Positions 1-9,069 of a stretch of 64,000 bases of DNA are shown here, in pieces (within the stretch, counting starts at the first letter, position 1; each line of letters opens with the position of its first letter). The notes under the pieces are model-generated. The model was not told the origin of the DNA. It did no database searches and saw only the letters and a program-made list of their open reading frames with translations. A program made the position numbers and the translations under genes. The DNA lies in the sequence record NC_007623.1; one strand, 5' to 3'.

Positions 1-18
1 ATTTTAACTTGCATGTTC

Positions 19-35
19 TTTGAGGTCTATATCAC
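19..35 (+). promoter_or_regulatory. Putative phage early promoter motif (variant)
   Basis: TTTGAGGTCTATATCAC, upstream of ORF 88; variant of the TTTnARnYCTAnATTAY motif found at five other gene starts. Confidence 0.4.
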
Positions 36-87
36 TAGGGTGAATAAGGCATTGGTTTCCTTAGTCAATTAAAGGAGGATATGCTCT

Positions 88-609
88 ATGCTGGCGATAC
101 TAGACGAAAGTCTTGAGTTGGCTAAACGTTTCGAAAACGTGATGGCCCGCATAGATAATTCAATGGCTTTTGATCCCGAATGGAGGAGCTCAGGGAATAT
201 GTACGAGGGTGCTGTAGGACTTCAACTCCCAGTGGGTAAAGTCTTTAAAGCACTGGATCCTAAAACAGGTCGTCGTCTTATTTTGATCGGTACGGACTGT
301 GGTACCGTGGTGATCTTCGAACATAACGGTCGTGACAAGACCGGATCCAAGTTTGCCTTGGCGTATAACGCTGACCCTGCCTTAGACTTTATGTTGGGAG
401 GAAGTCGGCTCTCAATCGCCCAATTTAGTCTGGCGATTACGGATTATGATATCGAAGAGAACATCGGTATCAGTCTCCGTCGCTTGATTCAACAGGTGAA
501 CCGGAGCACGCAGGATAAGAACAAGGAAGAGAAGATCATAAAAACCCCAAAGGGAATACCCCCGTCTAAAGTACTGTCAGGGTTCTTTGGTTGGGGGGAG
601 TCTGCTTAA
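88..609 (+). CDS. Hypothetical phage protein (173 aa)
   Basis: AGGAGG RBS before ATG; natural-looking protein; no motif recognised. Confidence 0.75.
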   Translation: MLAILDESLELAKRFENVMARIDNSMAFDPEWRSSGNMYEGAVGLQLPVGKVFKALDPKTGRRLILIGTDCGTVVIFEHNGRDKTGSKFALAYNADPALDFMLGGSRLSIAQFSLAITDYDIEENIGISLRRLIQQVNRSTQDKNKEEKIIKTPKGIPPSKVLSGFFGWGESA

Positions 610-671
610 CACCTAAACGAATGAAACCCAACATCCACAAGGATGTACTTTCGCACACATGAGGATACTCC

Positions 672-1127
672 ATGAAAACGTTTTTCCTGTCTATTTCAAC
701 CGTCTTCACTTTCCTGTTCTTGCAACTGGCCAATGCGGCGGGTAATGAAGAAATCATGTTCAACTGCACCTTGAAGGACGGTGCTGAGGTCAAGCTGACC
801 CAGATTCCTCAAGGTGACCTGTGGACCCTGACCATCGGGTACCCGGAAAAAGTCCAAGTCAGTTTTACCAAGCCTGGGAATGACATGGGTCGGCAGTTCT
901 CCTACCATCGCGATAGCAATCTCGCTACCCGTGAAGTCTTCATAACCAACCCGACGGGTAACTGGTTCTATACCCTCGGGGTGGATGATAACGGTAAGGC
1001 TAAAAGCGGTTATATCCAAGTTATGAACAGCGGAACAGAAACAGCCTACGAACATTGTGTGACAGGAAGCCTTCGTGAGCAGTTCGAAAAAGAAGGTGCC
1101 TTTGTCAACATGACGGTTGTGGATTGA
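672..1127 (+). CDS. Exported protein with Sec signal peptide (151 aa)
   Basis: GAGGA RBS; MKTFFLSISTVFTFLFLQLANA-A signal peptide with AxA site; two Cys. Confidence 0.75.
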   Translation: MKTFFLSISTVFTFLFLQLANAAGNEEIMFNCTLKDGAEVKLTQIPQGDLWTLTIGYPEKVQVSFTKPGNDMGRQFSYHRDSNLATREVFITNPTGNWFYTLGVDDNGKAKSGYIQVMNSGTETAYEHCVTGSLREQFEKEGAFVNMTVVD

Positions 1128-1200
1128 ACCTGTTGGGGGAGTGAGCGTTTGCTCCCCCTGTTCCAATCTTTATTTTTTTTTTCTAGAAGGGATACCACCA

Positions 1201-1881
1201 ATGGAAGCCGATGCGAAAACCCTTGGAGAAATCAAATTACTGTCTGACATCAAACTTATCCTAAACGGCAGAATTCCCACGGATTTAGTACACAAGGTCT
1301 TTAACCACTTGAAGCATAATCATCAGGATGGGTATGACCACTACTACTTGCTGGATTCCCTCAACGTCGCTAAGCGTCTAATAGACCACCAGGATAATCT
1401 AACAGAACATGATGTTTTGCTTATCTACACTATTATCCTGTTACTTGAGACGGGTCGTCCTATTACGAAACGTCATCCCTATGAAGTCTCTCCAGGAGTA
1501 GGGTGGATGTTTCTTCGGTATTATGCGGACGGGATCTTTACACCTGAGGACGAACGTTTCATTTCACAATCCTGTCGGCCTATCAAAGCAGATACTATTC
1601 GAATGTCTTCCTACACCTTCGTTGAGTTGGTCATTCACACCACTAAGCGCTTAACGGATGTCGTCAATCAGAAGTATCAAAAGCTGTACGACGAGTTTGC
1701 TGTACTCACTGGATTACCCCCTTGTTCTAAGAAATTGAATAAGGCCTTTTTGGAGGAATATGGTCCTAAAGGTAATCTATGGGATGGGTTCACCACTTCA
1801 ACTAAGGACATTTTCGCTTTAGAAATATCCAACTTCAAGAAGAAAGTCGGTCCATTCGTGGACGAACTTAACGTTCGATGA
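1201..1881 (+). CDS. HD-domain-like protein with degenerate metal motif
   Basis: Start moved to ATG 1201 (GAAGGG RBS). YDHYYLLDSLNVAKRL...IILLLETGR...HPYEVS follows HD-fold spacing, but HD is replaced by LE. Confidence 0.45.
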   Translation: MEADAKTLGEIKLLSDIKLILNGRIPTDLVHKVFNHLKHNHQDGYDHYYLLDSLNVAKRLIDHQDNLTEHDVLLIYTIILLLETGRPITKRHPYEVSPGVGWMFLRYYADGIFTPEDERFISQSCRPIKADTIRMSSYTFVELVIHTTKRLTDVVNQKYQKLYDEFAVLTGLPPCSKKLNKAFLEEYGPKGNLWDGFTTSTKDIFALEISNFKKKVGPFVDELNVR

Positions 1882-1893
1882 GAGGATAAACCT

Positions 1894-2298
1894 ATGTACA
1901 ACGTTATCGCAAATGCGGTGCTTCTGACCACATATGCTGTAATCGTGCTGCTAGTTGTTCAGCGCTATCTAGAAGCTAAGGGTATGCGTTACTCCATTAA
2001 GCGAATAGAGAACGGCCGTATTTTTAGCTTCTCGTTAGGGGTATACGCAGGGAAGATACGGATCCTGCATTCTCCGGACTGTACAGACCCGATCTTCAAA
2101 CGCCGTTATGATGGATGGGAAGTGACCTTTCCTGAACACTTTACGGAAGAGCAGATGGACCATTACATCATGCACCACGAACCCTTTGGGGAACACAATG
2201 CGTCTCATTCGAAGGATTTTGTTGTCTTCAGAGAAGTCATGATTCGCAAGAACAATGAGGTTTCGTGCGTAGATGGGAATATCTTCTGCCAAGCGTAA
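1894..2298 (+). CDS. Hypothetical protein with N-terminal transmembrane helix
   Basis: GAGGA RBS; hydrophobic VIANAVLLTTYAVIVLLVV. Confidence 0.65.
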   Translation: MYNVIANAVLLTTYAVIVLLVVQRYLEAKGMRYSIKRIENGRIFSFSLGVYAGKIRILHSPDCTDPIFKRRYDGWEVTFPEHFTEEQMDHYIMHHEPFGEHNASHSKDFVVFREVMIRKNNEVSCVDGNIFCQA

Positions 2299-2311
2299 TG
2301 AACCCATACAG

Positions 2312-2345
2312 TACCCTCCCTACCCCGCAAAGGGTAGGGAGGGTA
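2312..2345. terminator. Hairpin between convergent genes (probable bidirectional terminator)
   Basis: 14-bp stem TACCCTCCCTACCC/GGGTAGGGAGGGTA, 6-nt loop; T-run shortly downstream. Confidence 0.7.
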
Positions 2346-2364
2346 TGCAGTACACCTTTTTTGT

Positions 2365-3273
2365 TTAACCCATGTACAACTGACCGGCAGTGCCGTCCAC
2401 TTGGGCTTTCTGATCGATCATCCGTTCGATGGTACCGGATGGCGACGAGGTGACAGCCGCAGAACGCTGTTTGAAGCCCGGAGGGGCAGCAATGGCATCC
2501 GGGTTGTACAGCGGAAGGAGTTTCAACATCTGACGAGCAATCTGTTTCACAGCCAGGGTGTCGAATTCCACCAAACCGGTGAACTCCATGGTGATCTGAC
2601 GGATTGCGCCTTCTTCGCTCTTGTTACGTTTGATTTCAATCGGAACAGAGGTACGGGGCATCATACCAACCACCAAGGCAGCGTGAGCAATGTCCTTCAT
2701 GGTGTGGGTGGGTTCGAAGTAGATGCACGAGACCGATACTTCATCGATCAGCATGTCACCCGGATTATCCAGGATGACAATCTTGGCGTTCAGGACTTCC
2801 GAATCCATGACCAGCCATTGTTGCCAGACCTTGAACATCTTGGTGAACACTTCACCGATGCAATCGTAACCAGTATGCGTGACTTGACCCATCGAACGGG
2901 TAGCGCCCGACGGAATGGAGAGTACGTGACCCGTCCATTCCATTTGGGCGAACTGAACTTCAGTCATGTCACGGAGACCTTCGAACGACTGAGAACGGTT
3001 TTCAAACCACGCCTTACACAGCGAATGCAACGCAGTGCCACCCGGCAGTCGGGAGAAGGCAGCAGGAGTCGAGAGGACAATACACCACCCCAGTTGACTG
3101 ACGTGAGGTTGTGCGCTGACATACTCGAAGACGTTACCAGCCCAACCGTACATACCCCCGAATTGGGCGTTAATAACCGGACGGTTTTGCAGGTCCAGAG
3201 CCCGTACGAAGGGATCGGACTTCGGGAGTAGGGTCGTACTGGACCGATGAGGGAAGTTCGTTTCATTAGCCAT
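2365..3273 (-). CDS. Tail tube protein (phiKZ gp30-like)
   Basis: About 300 aa, directly downstream of the sheath gene; phiKZ-type order sheath-tube. Confidence 0.75.
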   Translation of the reverse strand: MANETNFPHRSSTTLLPKSDPFVRALDLQNRPVINAQFGGMYGWAGNVFEYVSAQPHVSQLGWCIVLSTPAAFSRLPGGTALHSLCKAWFENRSQSFEGLRDMTEVQFAQMEWTGHVLSIPSGATRSMGQVTHTGYDCIGEVFTKMFKVWQQWLVMDSEVLNAKIVILDNPGDMLIDEVSVSCIYFEPTHTMKDIAHAALVVGMMPRTSVPIEIKRNKSEEGAIRQITMEFTGLVEFDTLAVKQIARQMLKLLPLYNPDAIAAPPGFKQRSAAVTSSPSGTIERMIDQKAQVDGTAGQLYMG

Positions 3274-3283
3274 CTTTCATTCC

Positions 3284-5452
3284 TCAGGCCGCAGTAGTGG
3301 CCAGATCCTGTTGGTTGTAAGCGTAGAGATCGAATTCCATCATGTACTTGGCTTTGTTAAACCAAGCGTGGAGAATCACACGCAGTTTCGCACGGGATCC
3401 GAGCGTTCCAGTTTCGTAGAACGTTTCTGCGACGATGTTGGAGACTTCACCCCCTACTGCGTTACGGCACGCGCTCTCGATCTCGTCTTTCATGATGGAG
3501 GCGTAGTTATCTGCGGTGATGGTACGGTCACCACAAACGATGCGCCATTGATCCGCGGAGATCTTCTCCATCGCCACGCACAGGAACGGGTTAGCCAGGT
3601 CCTTGAGGACCGAGTCGGGGTTCGGGTGAATGGTGGGGAGGCCCGGACGGTACGTTTGAACGTTCCAGTCCCAAGGCTTCAGGGAGATATGGCCGTTGCT
3701 GAAGTTCTCAGCCGCCACTTCATCTTCTTCGAAGACGATGTTGGGGGAGTGCATCAGACGGAGTTTACGGTTATCCGCATGATCCGGTGCGTTCGGAGTG
3801 ACGATCAAACCGTCGATGTTACCTGCCCACAGCGCAAAGGCATAGGCCAGGTCGATGTTACCCGAGAAGTACCAGCCGGTCGGTTCATCGGTGACTTTCG
3901 CTTCGATGAGGTTCACAGCTGCACGGCAGGCTGGGGTACCCCACTTCTCAGACTCGACCGTCATGCGCAGTCGATTGGTGATCATTGCAGCCCGAGAATA
4001 GATCTCTTCGAGACTGTTCTTCTCACCCGGTCTCCAGACACAGGCGTCTGCCACAACCAGAATGTCCTTACGGGCACCCAGGAACTGTTCGGCGATATCT
4101 TTTACTTCTTGGGAATAACCAATATCCCAGAAGATCGATTGACGGTTACGGGTGGTGTCTTTCATTTCCACACCATTCACGTAACTGGTCAGATCCGCCA
4201 CCATCAGTTTGTTGGTGATTTCCCACGCCTGAAGGTGAGTGAGAGGACGCTCGGTGTTAGTCAGCAGACCAAAGGGATCGTTGACTGTCGGCTTGGTAAC
4301 GTAATCAGGTACCTTACCGTCCTTATCCAGGAACGGCGAAATACCGCCCGAGGATTTAATAGCGCCGCTCAGGTCCCACTTGATAACACCCGAGGTGGTG
4401 ATGGCGTAGTAAGGCGCGCCGTTGTGGTTGGTGCAGGTGAACGGGTTCATCTGCTTGTAGTACTCACCGGGAACACCGACTTCTACCAGGGTATCATTTT
4501 CCGGCTGTTCCACCACATACATCATCTGACACAGGGTGTCGATGTTGTCCTGGTAAACGACCAGGTCGTTGAACGGAGCCGGAACCGGGTTACCCGGGGC
4601 GTTCTTGTTACGACCAGTAAAGGAGCCGAAACCCGTTTGCAGGCTGTACTGAACGCCGTTGAGGGACACCGGGAACAGGGTGAACTTGGCACTTTCCTGT
4701 TGGAGGGTGGTTTTCGAATACACACGAGTCCCATCGACTCCATCGGTGAACTGACGGAGGTCGTAAGGGAAAGTCCCCGTGGACCGAACGAATTCGGAAA
4801 TGGAACGCCAATTCAGCGCGTCCGCACGGACACCCAGGTTAAGGCCCGACTTGTTGTATTCGTCACCGACACCAGCCACCCCTTCGAACAGGGGGAGTAC
4901 CAGGGTTTCAGGGGTATCACCACTGGCGGCGATGGTGCGGACTTCGAGCGCGCCGGGTTCTTTACCCGCTGCGGCATCATCGATTTTGATTTCGATGTTC
5001 AGACCGTTCGGGTAGGTTTTACCCGGGATCGGAATACGCTCGCCGTTTTCGTTATACTTCCAACGGCCGTTGGCATCTCGTTCGTAGGCCTGAACTTCCA
5101 CTTTCTGAACAAACGCAGAGAGCGAGGCTTTCGAGACCACTTCGTTGACCGAGAGGCGGCGAATGCCGATGGTATTCTGGCGACCCAGGGCGAGCGCCTG
5201 GATCAGGACCGACGTTGGGCCGTAGTAGGGCGACTTCTCGTCGAAAATGTCACCAAAGATCTTTTTGACGTCTTGGGGGGCTACCCATTGGGTGCCTGCT
5301 TTAGACGCCAGTTTTCCTTTGGGGAAGATACCGTGGATAACAGGAAGGTGGAGCGGGGTGGTTGGCGGGGACGTGTCATATTCTGGAATAGAGTTGTCCC
5401 GAATCCCACTAATGTCCACCTTTCCAGGGACGATTCTGTTGAAAACAGTCAT
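3284..5452 (-). CDS. Contractile tail sheath protein (phiKZ gp29-like)
   Basis: Start moved to ATG 5452 (GAGG RBS; MTVFNRIVPG); about 722 aa; sheath-like C-terminus; divergent from the gp28-27-26-terminase block as in phiKZ-like phages. Confidence 0.85.
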   Translation of the reverse strand: MTVFNRIVPGKVDISGIRDNSIPEYDTSPPTTPLHLPVIHGIFPKGKLASKAGTQWVAPQDVKKIFGDIFDEKSPYYGPTSVLIQALALGRQNTIGIRRLSVNEVVSKASLSAFVQKVEVQAYERDANGRWKYNENGERIPIPGKTYPNGLNIEIKIDDAAAGKEPGALEVRTIAASGDTPETLVLPLFEGVAGVGDEYNKSGLNLGVRADALNWRSISEFVRSTGTFPYDLRQFTDGVDGTRVYSKTTLQQESAKFTLFPVSLNGVQYSLQTGFGSFTGRNKNAPGNPVPAPFNDLVVYQDNIDTLCQMMYVVEQPENDTLVEVGVPGEYYKQMNPFTCTNHNGAPYYAITTSGVIKWDLSGAIKSSGGISPFLDKDGKVPDYVTKPTVNDPFGLLTNTERPLTHLQAWEITNKLMVADLTSYVNGVEMKDTTRNRQSIFWDIGYSQEVKDIAEQFLGARKDILVVADACVWRPGEKNSLEEIYSRAAMITNRLRMTVESEKWGTPACRAAVNLIEAKVTDEPTGWYFSGNIDLAYAFALWAGNIDGLIVTPNAPDHADNRKLRLMHSPNIVFEEDEVAAENFSNGHISLKPWDWNVQTYRPGLPTIHPNPDSVLKDLANPFLCVAMEKISADQWRIVCGDRTITADNYASIMKDEIESACRNAVGGEVSNIVAETFYETGTLGSRAKLRVILHAWFNKAKYMMEFDLYAYNQQDLATTAA

Positions 5453-5561
5453 GGCAACCTCGTGGGGGAAAAGTTTGAAGCAATCGTATGAACCCATTTT
5501 CAGGGCCGTACAGTGTAATAAGGCACTGTCACATAACATGTTATTTTAAGGAATATCTACC

Positions 5562-6440
5562 ATGCTGATCAATGCCTATGACACCACGGTCGGTAAAGTG
5601 ATCCGGGCGTCTCACCACGTGGACGAAGTCATTAAAACCCTTCATCTGACCAATAATCTGTCTCCCACTAAGAAAGACAAGGTGTACGTTATTACGCACG
5701 CCACCAGCGTTCCATTTTCAACCATTGCTTTTCCGATTACCTTGCAGACCCATACCCGCCAAACCATTACGGTGTATGACGAACGTCCGTACCGGGATAA
5801 ACAGAACCGAGTCACGAACCAGAATGACCTGACCATTATGCGACTGGCGGCGTTTCTACAGCAGGATGTTGCCGAGTTGAACTTCAGCCCGGTTAAGCTG
5901 AGTCGCAATATGGTAACCAAAGCCTTTAGTGACGCGTTAACCCAACGGTTAACGATGCGGGGTGGTTTGGATATCGTAGAGTCTTCGACCCTGAAGGTGT
6001 TGATTGGGTATTATGTGGTTAGTCTTCAAGAGAACCCGAACAATGACCTGGTCTTTGTGGTTGAGAATGTCCTTCGTAATGTGTACGGGATGGAAAAAGA
6101 CTTTGTATTGGGGGTCATTGCTGATCTCCCCCATCTGAGTAAGCTGGAAGACCTCCTCAGTGAGATTCGTAAGAATCCTGTGTTGTATAAACTCAAAGGG
6201 ATGGGTCTTAAGGACTTCATTGCTGTGGTGGGTGGATTGGCCTTTACGGGGCTGGGGAAACAGGTCTTTGAAGCTGCGTCTGAAGCACCTTGCTTGTTGA
6301 CGGCCTTTGTCTATGGCGCAGCACGTTTCAGGGCGCTGAATAAAACACCGCTGGGTATGGCATTGGATCCTAAATACAACAAAGGGATCCTGGATACCTT
6401 CCTTAAGAACATCGATTACACGTATGATCTCAACGGGTAA
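5562..6440 (+). CDS. Virion structural protein (phiKZ gp28 position)
   Basis: AAGGA RBS; 292 aa; synteny. Confidence 0.6.
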   Translation: MLINAYDTTVGKVIRASHHVDEVIKTLHLTNNLSPTKKDKVYVITHATSVPFSTIAFPITLQTHTRQTITVYDERPYRDKQNRVTNQNDLTIMRLAAFLQQDVAELNFSPVKLSRNMVTKAFSDALTQRLTMRGGLDIVESSTLKVLIGYYVVSLQENPNNDLVFVVENVLRNVYGMEKDFVLGVIADLPHLSKLEDLLSEIRKNPVLYKLKGMGLKDFIAVVGGLAFTGLGKQVFEAASEAPCLLTAFVYGAARFRALNKTPLGMALDPKYNKGILDTFLKNIDYTYDLNG

Positions 6441-6445
6441 CAGTT

Positions 6446-9058
6446 ATGACCATGAAAGGGTTTGATACGGATAACCCATTGCTGGCCTACGCGACAGACC
6501 ACCTGTGGGGTAACCCGGAAGAGAATAACCAGTACCAGGTGCGTACAGTACGGCTCAGTGATTACTACGGAGATGTGGACAACTTCTCCTTTATGGGCAA
6601 ATGGCGGAGTTTGCCTAAGCGGGATACGTTCTATTACGTCTTTTCTGTAGGGGGGTTGGATGCAGGCTATTGGAACTTCCATACCAACTTACTGAAACGG
6701 AATCCCTTAGACCGGTGGATGAACCTGGCCGAGCTGTGTAAACGCCGGGGTGTTCAGCTGGATATCTACAACACCAAAGGGTACCAGTACAGCCGGAATA
6801 AAGCTTGGGTCATGATGACGTACGATAAGCTTACGTTTATTGCCCTGGAGAAGTATAATACCTACCCTATGCCAACGGGTCAGGAAATGTTCTTTCGATG
6901 CTACACCGCTTCCAGTGAGGTGGCGAAGAATGAACAAACCGCGAATGCTGCCAGTAACCCGTACGTCTATGAAACCATGGTGTACGAGAGTCAGGCTGAA
7001 CTGGCGGTCTTTAATAACCGGTACTTAGCCTGTAAAAGCAAACCTGGGTTTACCGGGGTGACGGTGAATGGGGTTTATTGGCACAGTAATCCAGGGTCGA
7101 TTCCTAACTTGGTCCTAGGGGATGTAGTGGAGTTCTTCCATGACCCCACTGTGATCCGTACGGAGCTGTACGCGTACAACACCCTGCAAGACTTCTATTC
7201 CACCTTGGATAAGAAACGGAAACTGATCCTGCATCCTCCTAAACGCCCAGGGGACTTTACCCTTCGGTATTTTGATGACAACGATTACTACCTGTTGGGT
7301 AAAGGGTCGACAGGTCTGTATTTCCATCGGAATGCGGTGAGTACGATTCGTCAGTTGACCCATGTGGATGTTGCCATTGCGGATGACCAGATCCAAGCCG
7401 CCAGTAATTACCACAAGGACCTCAGTGAGGTGAAGGATATTCGTATCCTGGTATTGGTTCGTAAAACGGATTGGGAATACCCTTGGCCGCATGATAATCA
7501 ACGGATCCGTTACCTCTACCGCATGACTGATGAAAACATCCTTAAAGCCATGACAGGTGATCGAGCAACGGTGCCGGAGTGGACCGCTCCTAATCTGGAA
7601 GCCGGGGTGGTGATGAGTTTTACCCGGAGTCAAATGAAAGCGCTGACCGTAGAGGGTGCTCGTAAAGCGGTGGGGTACAATGCGGCAACTCGGGTCCTCA
7701 GTGAAACCCCCCTTAAAGCGGTATACGAGGCGGGTGGTCGAGGGGTTGAGATCCCCATCAGTTACCGAGTCAGTTGTACCGCTTGGGAACATGATGAGAA
7801 CGGGTGCCTGTTGGAATACCACAATGTCAACAATATTCGGTACTACGCACCTCGGAATCCGAAGTGTCAACTCGTTGAGTTCACCTGTGGTCAATACGGG
7901 CGAACATTGGACTATGTGGTAACCAATACCGATCTACCCTTAGACCCCTTTAATGGGTTCAGGGTGTACACTGCTCACTTCAACGTGGATCGAGGTGAAA
8001 TCACCGGTGCGTTAACGGATGTCACTGGGGATAAGAAGATCTACGAGGTGGTTAATGAGGTCTTAGTCTGGAAAGGATTGGATCCCGTTAACCAACGTGG
8101 GGTGGTAGTCTTCAATACCCGGACCTTGACCTATGGGTTTGAACTGGATCACATTGATCACAGCTTGAGCTTTGCCATTACCCACATTTATGAACCGGGT
8201 GGATTGGCGGTGCCTCTGATTCCTGCTCAAATCGATATTTGGATGAACGGTCATCCATTGATTGATAATGTCGATTGGATCTTTGACAACGGGTACTGCT
8301 ACATCATCAACAAACAGTTCATCCGACCGGGTGCTCAACAGTTTGTGGTACGGTGCCATGACCTGTGGGAGGATAAGGAACGTCCTAAGGTAGAAACCGA
8401 ACTCGGGTTCGTGGACGGTGGGGTGATTGGACGGTTTAAACGGTATAACCTGAGGGAAGACCGGGTAACACGTACCGTCATTGGAGGTCGTTTGGTGGTA
8501 ACGGACGACGTGCCTACGGCCGAGCTGTCTTCTCCAGATAACCTCTGGAATCACCTCAATGGGTTACCGTACATGGTCAAACATGTCTTCCAACCCATTA
8601 AGTATGTCGTACCCTATGACAACTTCCCAGGGTATAAAGAGAGTCGGGAGATTGATCAACGGGTGAGTGACTACTTGACGGAATACTGTCCTAAGCCGTT
8701 GGTGGATCCGGTGATACCGACCCTTCAGGATAAGTACCGGTTGTTCAGCCCCTTCCTGAATGTGGTGGTGAATGCGATTAAGAACCGGTTGTTGGTGGTT
8801 CCGAATCGAGTAGACGGTGAAGAGACGTACAGTCCTCAGTTCATTGAGGAACAGGTCAGTCCGTACAAGTGGTGGTTGAAGTATGACCCGGTGATCCGGG
8901 ACTACGACCTCCGCTATTTTGCCGTTATGCCCTACGCGAATGATGAACTGCTCTCGGTAACACCCAACCAGTTTGTCTTCATTAAGCAAGTGAACGACCT
9001 TTACTTGAAGTCTGTCTGTGTCATTGAAGGCCACTTTGAAGTAAGTAACAGTGACTAA
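6446..9058 (+). CDS. Large virion/baseplate structural protein (phiKZ gp27 position)
   Basis: 870 aa, tightly coupled to neighbours; synteny and size. Confidence 0.6.
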   Translation: MTMKGFDTDNPLLAYATDHLWGNPEENNQYQVRTVRLSDYYGDVDNFSFMGKWRSLPKRDTFYYVFSVGGLDAGYWNFHTNLLKRNPLDRWMNLAELCKRRGVQLDIYNTKGYQYSRNKAWVMMTYDKLTFIALEKYNTYPMPTGQEMFFRCYTASSEVAKNEQTANAASNPYVYETMVYESQAELAVFNNRYLACKSKPGFTGVTVNGVYWHSNPGSIPNLVLGDVVEFFHDPTVIRTELYAYNTLQDFYSTLDKKRKLILHPPKRPGDFTLRYFDDNDYYLLGKGSTGLYFHRNAVSTIRQLTHVDVAIADDQIQAASNYHKDLSEVKDIRILVLVRKTDWEYPWPHDNQRIRYLYRMTDENILKAMTGDRATVPEWTAPNLEAGVVMSFTRSQMKALTVEGARKAVGYNAATRVLSETPLKAVYEAGGRGVEIPISYRVSCTAWEHDENGCLLEYHNVNNIRYYAPRNPKCQLVEFTCGQYGRTLDYVVTNTDLPLDPFNGFRVYTAHFNVDRGEITGALTDVTGDKKIYEVVNEVLVWKGLDPVNQRGVVVFNTRTLTYGFELDHIDHSLSFAITHIYEPGGLAVPLIPAQIDIWMNGHPLIDNVDWIFDNGYCYIINKQFIRPGAQQFVVRCHDLWEDKERPKVETELGFVDGGVIGRFKRYNLREDRVTRTVIGGRLVVTDDVPTAELSSPDNLWNHLNGLPYMVKHVFQPIKYVVPYDNFPGYKESREIDQRVSDYLTEYCPKPLVDPVIPTLQDKYRLFSPFLNVVVNAIKNRLLVVPNRVDGEETYSPQFIEEQVSPYKWWLKYDPVIRDYDLRYFAVMPYANDELLSVTPNQFVFIKQVNDLYLKSVCVIEGHFEVSNSD

Positions 9059-9069
9059 AGGGGATATTC

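Noticed and set aside
1135-1182. Terminator after the exported-protein gene
   Set aside because: Only a 7-bp stem with ambiguous pairing, and the T run is about 10 nt away; possible but not supported well enough to list.
3311-5491. 726-aa ORF antisense to the tail sheath
   Set aside because: Exact antisense shadow of a codon-biased gene; no RBS or motifs.
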